DNA of 54,634 nt, filler included, from Sluysia triapertura (Eukaryota): assembly GCA_046118255.1 (NCBI GenBank). It is 3 parts of 3 records of this genome, joined end to end, with 100 filler letters (N's around TTAATTAATTAA, not from the genome) between each part and the next. Parts side by side here need not be neighbours in the genome. Positions count along the whole stretch, not along the records: positions 1 to 20,802 come from JBJNIA010007769.1; positions 20,903 to 34,324 come from JBJNIA010040800.1; 1 more part is not named here. One strand, 5' to 3'. This document shows, piece after piece, positions 11,100-23,470 of the stretch. The translations under genes and the position numbers were made by a program. Within the stretch, counting starts at the first letter, position 1; each line of letters begins with the position of its first letter. The notes under the pieces were generated by a model. The model saw only the letters and a list, made by a program, of their open reading frames with translations. It was not told the origin of the DNA and did not search any database.

Positions 11100-13297
11100 T
11101 AATAATACTAATATAACAAAATTATAACAAAATTATAATTGCTTTATGAATAGGATCATTGTCTTCATAGTGTCCCTGGGCTTGAAAATGGTTAAACTGC
11201 CAGTAATTGTGATAATATCTACATTTTAGAGATTCCAATAAAGCGTCTAATCTTCTTTGTTCGATTCCTTGATGTTGATTAATACTTGTTTGAGATAGGA
11301 CAGTGTGCACCGTATTTTATACAAGTACTAGAGTATCCACTCCGGAGGGGCATTGTGCCACGCGTTTTTGATTAGATAAAATTACATTGGAGAGATTTCC
11401 CTTTAACATTTACTTTAAAACAATTAACAATATTTAACCATGATGAAATAATTTCAATATATCTCTCGATTAAAGTTGATGACGAAATAGACGGTTTCTC
11501 GACACAATTCCATGTAATTTGTCTGTTCTTAAAACTTTTAGCTGAACAACATTAGAATTTCCCGATTTTTGAAAATTCTGTCTTAATAGAAGTATTAAAT
11601 GTTCGTAAGAAATTGCATGTAATTCTGGATGATTAATTTGAAACATGAGACCACGATTTGACATATCATATGTAATTATTTTTTTACAAGGCTTTTCTAA
11701 ATACGTAACTTGATTGTGCGACATCTTTTCGATATCTTTCACCTGTAAATAGTCAAAAAATCAACGTCATTCTTATACAATTTATTTTCACAAATAATAT
11801 CTGTGTCAGATGGATTTCCATAATGTAAAAACTTTCTAAGAAATTGTAACATGTTTTGGCAGGTCTAGATGATTCTTTATAATTACAGAGAATTAGTTGA
11901 TTTAAACTTTTATTTTAAGTACTTGGTAGATTTATTGATAAATGAATAACATTCATGATTATATCATAACAACTTCTACAAAATCGATCTAATCTAATCG
12001 TTGAATTGTTATTATTTTGATTACATCGAAGTATTTTATTTTTTCGATATATGGATTCTCGAGGCATACTTTTTAAAATCTCGATCTGCATTTTTCTTTT
12101 AAGCCTTTTTAATTAATTAGGTATCTGTTAACTGAGTATCTGTTTAGTGTACTTTTCAGTCTGTCTCTTTTTTAATAACTGCACACTCTTATTAACTAAT
12201 AGTCTCTTAATCTGAAATTCTAATTTTTGTTTCTATTGAACAGTCTCTTTAAACTTTATCTTTTTGAACTATTTTTAAATCTTTAACTTTTAATTGCTGA
12301 TCTCCTTTTTTGATTGGACGTGCAATAATAGTAAATTTTATTATTAGCTAACTCTAATTGTGGTATTTGCCCAATTATGTACAAAGGGACGATATATAAT
12401 TAGTTGACCAATGAAATACACCAGTGATCTTTGCATTAACTCACAATTTTGATTTTTTAGATTGGTTGTTTTATAATAATGGCTGTCAGGTGGTGACAGT
12501 TGAAAGTAAGTCAAATAAGGGTAGCAATGTTAATAAGCCAACAACTACGACAGAAATCGACTTAGATGATTGAAGTACTGACGATTATAATGTTAACGAC
12601 ATAAACTAATAATGATAATAATATAATGATAATAATAATTATATAATGATAATAATAATGAAATAAGCTTTAAAATAATAATAAAAATGAAAATAATAGT
12701 AAATGAATAATATAACATTAATAATAAAACAATTAAAATAACTGCATAAACTTTATCTTCTTAAAAATTATTTCTTTTTCTTATTATAAATAAGAATTTC
12801 TTTTATTTAAATTCTTAAAATTCTTTTTCTTGAAATATAAAAAAATTAAATTTTTTTTATTTTTATTTGGTGATTACTAGGATATGAAATGTGGAAAGAG
12901 TTGATAAAAGAATGTTTAAAGAAAATAATACATAACTAAAGTTGTTAAAGAAATGTCATTTTGATTACGTTGTTTTAAATTGATTTTAGAATGTGATTTT
13001 AATGTTCTTCACTGATATTAATGATTGTGAAGTTGAAATGTTTTAGATTAATTTTGAAATGTATGTTTGATAATTTGAGATGTAAATTGTGGTTCTATTG
13101 TTGTGAGATAGTGAATAAAAATGTTTTAAATGAATGGTTTTGAATGAAAGTATGATTTTAATGTTATAAGGTTGTGAATTTAAAGTGTTTTAAAATGTGA
13201 AAAGGTTTTAATAGATCTGAGGAAAAATAGGATGAAAATGTAAGAAAATATGATATTTCGTGTGAAGTGGTAATTTGAATTTTAAGTGGCCACCACA
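11100..13297 (-). mobile_element. Unclassified decayed element, copy A (TGTGGTGG terminus, coiled-coil-like region, Cys/His motif)
   Basis: 12450-13297 aligns with 32690-33489, and both end ccaca on the + strand. Minus-strand KRVAQC..TCIKYGAHC (11300-11368) and CRYYHN (11206-11227) match the motif at 31640-31720. The left boundary is approximate. Confidence 0.6.
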
Positions 13298-13910
13298 TAT
13301 ACGTTTTATTAAAAACTAATTATTCTTAAGCTTATGTATACAATATAACATTTAAAATAATACATACACTTTATTACAACGGGTGTAACTCTGTTAGTTG
13401 TTAGACCGGAATATCATTGCCTTATTCGATTAAAAAATGATGATTTAGCTGTACATTTTATTTTGCATGATTCTATTGTTATTAACTTTTACGTTATATG
13501 TTTTATGTTTTATAGTTAATACAAAAGTTCTATTTTATTGTGATTATTTAGTTGAATCTGTCTTAATTAAAATTTTAATATTTTACTGTTTAAACGGCCT
13601 TAAGCCGAGAGAAGGTTTTCTAAAGTTAAAAAATCTTTAAATAACATAATGTACGAAATTAATAATTTAATGAAATTAATTATGTATAATTAATTCTGTA
13701 CAAATATGAAAATTGTTTTGTTCCTAGACATAAATTTAAATAGATATTGATATTGCTATTATTAACATGCTAGAATTAGGATTCAGTTAAACGGCTGGAA
13801 AGTTTATTTTAAATTTTATGTAAATATTTTTGTATAATGCTTCTATTTATTAGTGTTTTAATGTTTCGTACACACAAATTGAATATTGAGAATGAGGTTA
13901 AAATAAGCAA

Positions 13911-14250
13911 AATAGTGAAAACGATTCTAAAAGTGAAGCTAAAGTTTTAAAAGTTCAAAAAGATTTCGAAAAATGTTATTATTGAGAAAGAAATAGTGCC
14001 ATTTAGACGATTAAATGGTTGTGTTGGCTGTAAAGTACGAGTTAAGACTTTCAAGTGTCCTCGAAGCAGATGGCTAAAAAATATGCAAAACACTTATGAC
14101 AGATATTGAGAAATGCAGAAACGAATGTTGAGTTTTGAAACTGGACATATATTTGTTCCTATAGTTTCAAAATTGAAACGCAGAACTTTTAAAGCTCATG
14201 GTAAGATTAATAGATATGTGTTCTTCACATACGCAAGTTATTTTGAGTTA
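13911..14250 (+). pseudogene. RPL17: 60S ribosomal protein L17 (uL22) pseudogene fragment, intronless, with deletions and frameshifts
   Basis: KEIVPFRRLNGCVG..RW, ILRNAETNVEF and KLKRRTFKAHGKINRY correspond to RPL17 VPFRRYNGGVG..GRWP, MLKNAESNAEL and KMRRRTYRAHGRINPY. Confidence 0.9.
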
Positions 14251-15803
14251 AAATTTAAATTTAAAAGTATATTTTTAAAAGGAATTGTACTTATAAAGAA
14301 TATGATACAAAAGACCTCAAAAGAATGTACCCAGGATTATCGTTAGTAAGAAGTCCAATTATAGTAAATTTTATGAAGACTATGTAATGAAATCTTTGAT
14401 CAATTGTACCTGATTGTGCTTTTGGGAATATTTGCATGTTGCACTTTTTATTTTTTAAGGATAAAATAAAATTCAATAGTAAATTTATATGATACTAAAT
14501 AAATCAAATAAAAATAATATTTGATTTATTAGGGTTTTTCAACTTTAATAACAATAATATATATTTTTTGTAGATTTTAAAAAAGCGTTTAAAGTTGGTG
14601 GAAATTGAATTATAAATTTCCATGTGATTTTGAGTCTCCTTGATAAAATAGTAATATAAGAGATTCTTTTGTTTTAACTCGTTTTGATGATTCGATTTTT
14701 CTTTAGAATAATTTAATATTAAAAATTTTTACAACCAGAATAAACCTTTTCTTTTTATTGTAATTAACTACCTACAACAATCTAAACTCAAAGTAGTAAT
14801 AATAATAGTATATTTTTAGCAATAACAATATTCATTTTTTTACGTTTTCATCTCTTTATACACTCACACATAAAAAAACTTCTTCCTTTCAATTCATAAA
14901 TAAAATAAATAATGTTATTATTTTGAAACTATTTTATTATCATATATTATTATGTTTACATTATTATCTGCTATTGTACATTTCTTATTATTACTTTATT
15001 ATGGGTCTATTATTATTATAATTGCATTGTATGACTCTTAGTCTCCCATGGTTTTTCTGTACCATGAAGAATGAGAGAGATTGATAGAATATTTTATAAA
15101 AGAACTGCAGTTTGAACCAAGAAATAACAAAGGAAAAATCAATTCAGAGCATAGAATATATTTTTTATTATCATGTTATCAATTTATTACTAAGCGCTTG
15201 GATGATGCATAAGAAGATAACTTGTGCCATCATCAGATGAAATGCCAAGATCAAAAAAATGAGCTACAGATGGATAATAATAATAATTATAATATTAAAT
15301 TAGTTAACAATAATTAGCTTTAATAATGATTTTGCTTCATTGTTCGGATGTATGCCTGTATTACAAATGAAACAATATTTTAGAGCCTATGTTCTCTTCT
15401 AAGGTTATACATTTGACTAAATACTATTTAAATTGTTAAAAACTTTCTAGTAGCTTAATTCTACAGATAAAATCATCTTAAAATACAGGTAGAGATACTA
15501 ATTACAACTATTATTATAAAATGTTATTCATTCAGTGATGTTGTGCTATTTTATGAGTCGTTTCATTTTGTACCTATTCATATAATAGTAACTGTTATCT
15601 GATAAATTTTTTTGGTTCTTGGATTTTATAACAAATTAACAATACTATTTAATAAATAAAGCACGAATTAACTATTACTTATTTATAGTGTCTAATTTCA
15701 GTACACTTTTAATTACTACTATATTGTATTTAGTTAAATAAATTTCGTTTCAAAAGTATACAAACTTTTTATTTAAGAAACTATACAATGTATCGTACAA
15801 AAT

Positions 15804-16265
15804 TTAGTATTTTATTGATGTTCCTGAGTTTTTCAAAACCTCTACATACCTTGTTACATCGAATTTACAATGAATTTCAATCTTTTCCCAAGCATCCAAT
15901 ATTGCATTTTTTAACTCAAAAAAGGGGAAATTATTTGGATAATAGTTATACAAGGCAATGGAAACAAATGGGCCGTCATAAGGCACTTTCTAGTCAGAAA
16001 AGGAGTTTAATAAGGTATGTGAAAAATACAACATTGTCTACAACTCGCACAATGTCAGATTTAGAGCAGTAAAACAGCAGTATGGAGAATATTAAAAATA
16101 GTAGTGAGGTCGAATTCATTAAAATGCTTGCTAAACTGATGCTGTAAAGTAGCAAGAATTAACTTTGACTGGACTAAAATATTTCTTTTGAATCCTTTAG
16201 ATGATGCCAGGACCGTCCAAATTAAATTTCTCATCTGATAATATTATCTTGGTCCAGTGTACATG
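15804..16265. mobile_element. Scrambled Tc3/Tc1-like transposase relic (three pieces in alternating orientation)
   Basis: Minus 15804-15925 ELKNAILDAW..RYVEVLKNSGTSIKY (C-terminus). Plus 15968-16190 GRHKALS..SKTAVWRILK..ARINF..WTKI (second HTH to core start). Minus 16200-16265 WTKIILSDEKFNLDGPG (first catalytic D motif, Tc3-like). Confidence 0.8.
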
Positions 16266-17378
16266 TAAATGTAAATCAGCATTCAGATTTAAATAATTCA
16301 GACGAGTCATAAATGAAAGATCATATATTTTAAAAAATCTTTACGGGGAAGAGTTAATAGCCATTGTGAATTAATGAAATTGTATTAATGTTATTATTAT
16401 TGCATCCAAATATGAATTTATTGAATATAATTGGTCTAATTACAAAGCCGAAGATCTAAAATGATTTTTTAGAATTATTCGAACAGAAGACAAATGTTCC
16501 ATTAATGAAGCACTTCTTTTTGTTAGGTATGGTTTATTTATTTTTCTGAATCAGAAGAAATTGTAAATAAAATGGATCAGTACGAAGATTACTACTGGAT
16601 TTGCGTGTCAAGCTTGATATCCAATTGTGCAAATATTGAAAGATATGATGAATCTAGTGTTGGATTCGTTGTAGAAAATTAATGCCACTTTGATAATGAT
16701 AATGTTGATCAGTAAAGTAAACTACATAATGAATTCAGCCATATCATTTTGTTCAATCAAAAAATAGAACTAAAGACCCCCCATTTGGTATGGAAATAAC
16801 AGATAGTGTTCAGTAATCGAAATCTCATATGGTTCGTAAAACCCGCCACTGTCGGTCGGTTATTAAAACAAAGTTTAACGAAAACTCACGCCTGTCTGTT
16901 GAAAGATTGATTTTAAACAAAGCAAAAAGTATAAAAGTCATGCGAATATGTGATAATATAAAAGGTCGAAATTGAGATTTGTTTTAGAGTTTTCACATAA
17001 ATTATGTTTTTGTGAATAATTTGTTCAGCTCAAATATTTTATCATCCTTGATCTATCTTACTTAACGAAGTCCCATTATTCAATTCATTTTTTATGCCTT
17101 TATTTATTTATTTTCTTTACTTAGTAAATATGTAGTGATCGGTGAGGGAAATCTAATGATCTGAAGTTTGATATAATGTGACGTAAATATCGATTTTGTG
17201 TAGAATCCAGATCTTAATGAATGATACAGTTGAATAAGATACAAAATGTAAAAGAATACTTGAAACCAAAATGAAAAACGTTGGATTCGAAATAACTTAG
17301 AAATAAAATGTAGTAGTTTTCCACTGGATTATATAATTTTCCGTGATTATTCTCTTTTCGAGCGGCTAATAAAACATA

Positions 17379-17815
17379 CAGTAAGACCTCTATAAACGAA
17401 CATCAATTTGTTAAAGGAAATAACGAACAATGTAATAAATATTTATTCAAAACACATTCTACTAATGTTTTATCCAATAAGCCTGCTGATACTGTGTCTG
17501 CTTTTGAAATACTCAAGTCATCCATTTGAAGCTTTAAAAGTATCCTTTCCAATTTTATTTAAAATAGCCATATATAATGAAGTTTTGTGTCTTTTCTTAA
17601 CAAACCATTTTTAAAGTGGAGAAGTTATGAACTCTTTGTATCTTTAAACTCATTTTTATTTACAATATCCACTTTATTTTTAAGAATTTTGTTTATAACG
17701 CCAGATCTCTTTGAGAGTATAAAAGCCCTTCATTTGATGTTTTGAATTTGATAACCTGAATTTTTTTGATCAATAGTGTAACTTTTCTCGCTTTTTTCTG
17801 ATTATTCCGCACTTT
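17379..17815 (-). mobile_element. pogo/Tigger-family relic: N-terminal HTH/CENP-B region plus one TIR
   Basis: TA|CAGTAAGACCTCTATAAACGAAC at 17377-17401 is a pogo-type TIR. The minus strand gives SYTIDQK..INKILKNK and FKASNG*LEYFKSRHSI (CENP-B HTH motif FKASxGWLxxFKxRH, W mutated to stop). Confidence 0.8.
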
Positions 17816-17902
17816 CATTCAAGGGTTGATAAATGTGAAGTAAATTTTCAAAAAAATTAATATTAAAACAAATTTTTTTGAGTTTATTATTCTTATTATT
17901 AG

Positions 17903-18298
17903 GTTGGACCATGATTTACAAAGCTGTAGGAGCTGAGTGGCGCCAATTCGGATATCCCCGAACTAGACGACCCATATCTTCTGTTGTATTGGATGAAGAT
18001 TTAGAGCATCGTATATTAAATGATGTGCGTGATTTTCTTGACAACCAGAAGTGGTACGCCGATCGTGGAATACCGTACCGACGCGGTTACTTACTACATG
18101 GCCCTCCTGGCTGTGGAAAAACTAGTTTTATTGCTGCTTTGGCGGGAGAATTGCAGTATAATGTATGCATTGTTAGTTTGAATGAAATAGGCATGTCTGG
18201 CGATCGACTGGATCATTTGCTGAGTCACGCACCTCTCCAATCTATTATTCTTTTGGAAGACATTGATGCTGCTTTTGGAGACCGCAGTCAATTATATG
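17903..18298 (+). CDS. BCS1: Internal exon of mitochondrial AAA chaperone BCS1 (complex III Rieske assembly)
   Basis: [46 protein letters not shown] (Walker A)..[11 protein letters not shown] (Walker B). Flanked by tattag acceptor and gtaagt donor; 396 nt, phase 1-1, no stops. Confidence 0.96.
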
Positions 18299-18729
18299 GT
18301 AAGTAGAAATATTTGTTGAAATAAATTGAGCTCGTTAACAAAAATACTACACACATCTTTGAATGCTTCCTAAAGTTTATAAAAACGAGTTTTTGTGCAA
18401 TTAAAATATTCTATATATAATTTAACATCCTTTTCCATGGTTTTTACAAAGGGAATCTTATTAATATTTAACTGTAATTTTTGTTTTATATTTATCTGAT
18501 TACCTTTACTCACATTGTTATATTAAAAGGGCGACGATCTACCCAAAATATTATTAGACAATGAGACTCAAATATATAAACACTATAATAAAATTTATAT
18601 TAATAATAAATTAACATAAACTCAGTAAAAAGGTAATTATTATCATAATTAAAATGATAATAACTGGTACAGGTACATTGAAATAATTTAGATTGCGTAA
18701 AACACGTTAATCGATATCATTTAACTAAA

Positions 18730-19300
18730 ATGCGGCGATTTTTCTTCTAAAAGCAATCTGATGTACCGATATACCGATGTACCGAATTTGAATCCCAAGT
18801 AGAACACTGACCCTTGTGTGTTCATATGCGCAGCTTTAATATTATCTTCTAGACTTTATAGCGATACCAGCATATTATTGATAATGAAATGTGCTCCTTC
18901 AAATTCAACTAATTATCGACTTGAATCCATATTGAAAGATAAACTGATTGCGCCATATGTTGGCCTTTTTCTATTGATCTGGTACATATCGAAAAAATAA
19001 ACACGTCTTATGCCGATTGTAAAATAATGATCTCGAGTATAACATGTTACTAAACCATTATCATGTATCAATTCCTTAAGTATGACTATTACTTAAACAT
19101 TTGGTCGATGTTTCTTCATAACGATCGAACTCTTTAGAAACATTTATCGTCAGTTTCAGTTAATTCATTTTCAGTCCAAATAGGAATTAATTTTTCATCG
19201 ATCCGAAATTGTAATAATATCATTTTTGCTTACCAATTTTTTCCTATTTATTATTCTGCAATTTTCGTTTTATTATTTCAATTTTGTGTGAACCTTTACT
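18730..19300 (-). mobile_element. Unclassified decayed element, copy B (Cys motif region)
   Basis: Minus-strand ANIWRNQ (~18946-18964) and KGQCSTWDS (~18790-18815) parallel SHWRQIM..LGQCSYHT at 31690-31820. Confidence 0.4.
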
Positions 19301-19619
19301 TAATACTGTATTCGTCAATACATAACACGTACAAATAAAATAAAAGACTAATAATGAGAGCTTGTTCCAAGGAAATGTGAAAATACACTTGATTGGATTA
19401 GCAGCATATCAGTATAAATGCATAAAATTTTTTAAAAAATAGTCACGTTATAGTTTACGTATTTAATAATACTTAATTTAATTTTGCATTATTCGGGCTA
19501 ATGATGGGGACAAGGATAATCCGCAAAATAATAATCCGCAAAATAATAATACTATGATTATGATTATTATATTATTATTATCATTAGTTTCTTGGTTTTA
19601 GTTTTATACAATTAATTTA

Positions 19620-19990
19620 AAATGATTTTAAACGATTATAATGCTCTTAAATTTTGATTACATATAACTTCTACCTCATCTTTAATTTAAGTTAATTCTG
19701 ATCGAATATGATGTTATTAAATTTTGATTACATACTGATTTTATTTAATCCTAATTTAATATGACTTTATTTTATTTATCACAATGTCTAAATCATGTTT
19801 TTAAGATAATTTTGATAGGATAATATGCTCTTAAAATTTGATTTCATATTATTTTTATTAATTATTACTTTAAGATGATTTTATAGATTGTATTAGTAAT
19901 GTTTGGTGTTTATAAATTTTCATTTCATATTACTTTTAAAATGGCTATTTTTACAACTTCAATTTAAAATTGATTATTATTTGTTACTAA
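19620..19990. repeat. Degenerate ~65-75-bp tandem repeat
   Basis: Recurrent aagatgatttt..atgctcttaaattttgattacata-like blocks, about 4-5 times. Confidence 0.55.
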
Positions 19991-20399
19991 ATTTGAAATT
20001 TATATTTAAACCAAGATGAATATTTCATTGAGACATAATAATCTATACAGAATCCACAGTGATAGATTGTTTCACCGTTTATGTTTCAAAAATATACATC
20101 CACTTACCAGAGAATGTCAAATTACTGAAATATGAATTATGAAATATTTATGAAAAAGGCAAAGTTCTTTCTGTTTCAGAAATATTATAGTGAATGATTT
20201 GTTTTAAACGCTTTTGAGTACTTACTTTGCAGTAGAAATGAGCGCCATGTAAATTAATATATTATTATTATTATTATCTTTATTTAATCTTATTTTAAAT
20301 TAATACAAAGCCTTATAATCTCAATTTCTTTTATAATAATAATGATTTTAAAATTATTTTAACATTATTTTAGAATGAAAATGAGCATTATTCTTTACT

Positions 20400-20700
20400 G
20401 TTTGAATAAACATGTTCTGGGATTTTTGAGTATAAAAGTTGTAAGGTAATTAATGTGTAAAGTATAGGCGCATGGAGAATTATTACAAGTTTTGTGGATT
20501 AAAAATGTTTGTTTCACTATTGAGTCCTTTTGTATGTAACATTTGGATTTTAAATATAATATTTATATCTGTTTATGAATTTTGTGAATGCATCGAGTGC
20601 TTCAATGAAATAGTTTCCTTTTGTGAAGTGTGGTGTTAATTGGTGATCTAAAAACTTTGTTGATACGAAGTGAATTTAATGAATTTAGTTGTAATGTCAA
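20400..20700 (-). repeat. Dispersed repeat, inverted homolog of 44600-44830
   Basis: The reverse complement has ttttagatcaccaattaacaccacacttcacaaaagg and tcataaacagatataaatat, matching ttttagatcaccaaataacaccatttcacaaaaga and tcataaacagatgtaaatat. Confidence 0.75.
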
Positions 20701-20725
20701 TTTAATGTCTGTAGATGATCTATAG

Positions 20726-20802
20726 CAGGGGTCTTCAACCTGGGTTCCGCGGAACCCTAGGGTTCCCTGGAACGTTGACAGGGGTTCCGCAACTGATTAA
20801 GT
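20726..20802 (+). mobile_element. 5' end of a hAT (Charlie/Buster-like) non-autonomous element, truncated by the assembly gap
   Basis: CAGGGGTCTTCAACCTGGGTTCCGCGGAACCCTAGGGTTCC has a CAGGGGT..CAAC terminus and internal palindromes. It is GC-rich relative to the flanks. Confidence 0.75.
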
Positions 20803-20901
20803 NNNNNNNNNNNNNNNNNNNNNNNNNNNNNNNNNNNNNNNNNNNNTTAATTAATTAANNNNNNNNNNNNNNNNNNNNNNNNNNNNNNNNNNNNNNNNNN
20901 N
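20803..20901. other. Artificial contig spacer (Ns-TTAATTAATTAA-Ns)
   Basis: A palindromic all-frame stop 12-mer is centred in about 100 nt of Ns; the same design occurs at 34325-34424. Confidence 0.92.
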
Positions 20902-20902
20902 N

Positions 20903-20962
<60 letters not shown>

Positions 20963-20979
20963 TATTAATAATAATAATA
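20902..20979 (+). repeat. (AAT)n microsatellite at contig end
   Basis: Direct reading. Confidence 0.97.
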
Positions 20980-22710
20980 CTAGTTGTGATAGTAGTAGTT
21001 GTCTTCTTTTTATTTCAGCGTAATAACAATTAATCTATGAAAATAGCATAAAATTCATAATCAAAAAGTCTGATAGATACGACTTTGTATTCAATTTTTC
21101 AGTTTCATTAATATTTTAAATATTTTTGATTTACATAATTTTCTCTTATATCGCTTTTTTGTTTAACGATTTTATTAATGTTTTTGTTCTTTTCTTTGCA
21201 AATTCTCTCTTCTTAAATTCAACTGTCTCTTTTCTCCAAAGAATTAGTGATTTAAATATATTGCTTTTATTCCTACATCATTTTTCTACTATTTCTAATA
21301 TTTTTTGCTAGTTTGAGATTAAATTTACATTTTTCAAAAGGTTCCTCTAGCAGACTGTGCATCTCTAAAAATGTATAGTTATTATAAGTCCAATGAAGAT
21401 TATTTTTATTAAAGGATCGATCCATGTTCATCCAAACAGATATTGACGTGTATGCAGTTTTCTTACTCGTCTATCACTTACTTGTCTTACAATTATTCGC
21501 TTCTATTAATTTATTAATTAGTCTTCTTGTGAGACTTTTTATTATTTATTTGTAATGATTCACTAATTACTAATAAGTAGTATTATTTTCTTTATCTTCT
21601 TTGATTTATCTTCGTTTTTCTCTTAATGTATTATATGATGATGGTTTTGGATAATCAGTTTTCTTCAAAAGTATCTTTTTGCACTGTTTATTCTGATGTG
21701 TTAAGTTAAAGGAGTTATGACAAAACTCTTCAGCATTTAAGAGTTGATCACTTTTTCTAATTCCCACTCATAAATTTAAATAGTACTCATCTTTATATAA
21801 TAAATATGACAATCGTTTTATTTTACATAGTTTACCTTTTGATTTAAGTCTGTTTTGTATCATTGCGTTAAAATTATGTTTTTCTGCTTCAATCATATTT
21901 TCTTCTTAATATTTCGATATGGCTCAATAAAGTATCGGACTAAATCATGATCGACATTTGTTATTTTTCTTTAATTTTATATTAAACTTATATTGAATTA
22001 ACATCAAATATTGTAGCTTTGTTATGATTAATTTTCTATAAATGTGATACAATATTTGTTATAAAGCAGTGTTGGTTTTCCTATTTGTAGTTAAAATTTT
22101 CTTTAACTTTATACGATATCGTGTTTTTTGTCGATTTTATTTTCTCTGCTGCCTTTTTATCCATAAAATCTTGTGCATTAAAAGTAATCACACCTTTATT
22201 CCTAATATTAATTCATTAAGAATTACATTAAAAATTCCATTTATTTTAATTCTGCTTTATTGTTCAAAGTATTGTATTTTTTACTTATTATATTAATTGT
22301 ATAAAGTTAATATTAAATTTTACATAGAACATTAATTGAATAAATATTTTATGTATACTACATATACATTTTTACATTCTCACAGCATTTTGGAAACAAA
22401 ATCATTTTTACTTATACTAAAGATAAATTTGATACATTATTAGTTAACAAAGAAGAGTCAAAAAGGAATCAGAGTGAAAACATCAAGAACCTCCTGAGTA
22501 CATTATAAAGTATCCAACAATTTTGAAATATTAATAAAATCTTTAAGCATGAGGTATGATTAAGTCTAAAATTAGATTAATCACTTAAAATTTTAATTAA
22601 CTTAATTAAGAATTAGTATGTTTTTATGAATAATTTAAGTGTATGTATGTTTTAAAAAATATCTTTCGAAAAGATATGATTCGGCCGAGTTCATTCAAGG
22701 AAAGCCTTAA

Positions 22711-22855
22711 CTCATAACTGACCGTTAAAAATTCTTAATCGACTCTTTGATGGCAACACAAACAAAGTTATTTTGTCAAAAAACGTACTACTACGTCATC
22801 AGCTTCTGGATTTCGGACAAAAATGACAAAAATGACGTCAACGGCCAGTAATGAG
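22711..22855. mobile_element. 145-bp MITE with TTAA target-site duplication (piggyBac-type target)
   Basis: ttaa|ctcataactgaccgtt ... aacggccagtaatgag|ttaa; the TIRs match at 14/16. Confidence 0.85.
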
Positions 22856-23244
22856 TTAATATTAATTTTCAATATTTCATATTTAGAATGGTAAAAAGGT
22901 GTAGAGAATCTAGAAATGAGTTTGACATGTTTTTAGAATGAACATTTAATATTTTCCATTAAAAAATTGGATGTAAAAAAAAATAAAAATTAATTGTATT
23001 CTAAAAACCAAAGTTAAATTCATTATTTGTACGCATATTGGTAATATTAATGGCCGCTATTCCAATGTGAGAAGTAATTTAAGTAAAAGTATGTGGAACA
23101 GAATGGAAGAAAATAATTGCTTATCATTACTTAATTTTTTATTCTCTGTATCTAATAAAGTCTGACAGGTCATACCATGTAATTGTTAAAGTAGATGTTT
23201 GATTGTAGAACTCCAAAGCAATTGGATAATTTTAGAGTCAATTA

Positions 23245-23470
23245 AGGTTTGATTTTTGGGATGCTGACTTTCGAAATTATTTTTGGAATAAAATTTAATT
23301 TAATTTTTTGGGAAATATTTTGTCCAATTTACTTTATTAAGATTTAAATTGATTTTTAGGAGACATTCTGTCCAATTAGTTGTTAAAGTAAAAATTAATT
23401 TTTTGGGTAGACTTTGCCGAATTTATTTTATTATTGAGATTTAAATTAATTTTTAGCAAACATTTAGCCT
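23245..23470. repeat. Degenerate ~48-bp minisatellite (about 5 units)
   Basis: Repeated tttaaatt(g/a)attttt(t/a)gg..att(t/c)tgtccaatt blocks. Confidence 0.7.

Noticed and set aside
12359-13297. Solo LTR bounded by TGTGG...CCACA
   Set aside because: There is no target-site duplication (ctaat versus tatac), and relatedness to the 31560-33489 copy continues to the left of 12359.
17878-17902. Apparent signal-peptide start (MSLLFLLL) of the BCS1 ORF
   Set aside because: It starts at TTG within the intronic pyrimidine tract; BCS1 homology begins at the AG acceptor (17903).
21126-22296. Hydrophobic F/L/I-rich short ORFs (also 46007-46195 and 51787-52101)
   Set aside because: These are expected artefacts of T-rich strands opposite A-rich relics; they carry no motifs.
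2677-23470. CRISPR-like arrays (33-bp, ~70-bp and ~48-bp repeats)
   Set aside because: The units are degenerate and contiguous with no unique spacers, there are no cas genes, and the context is eukaryotic.
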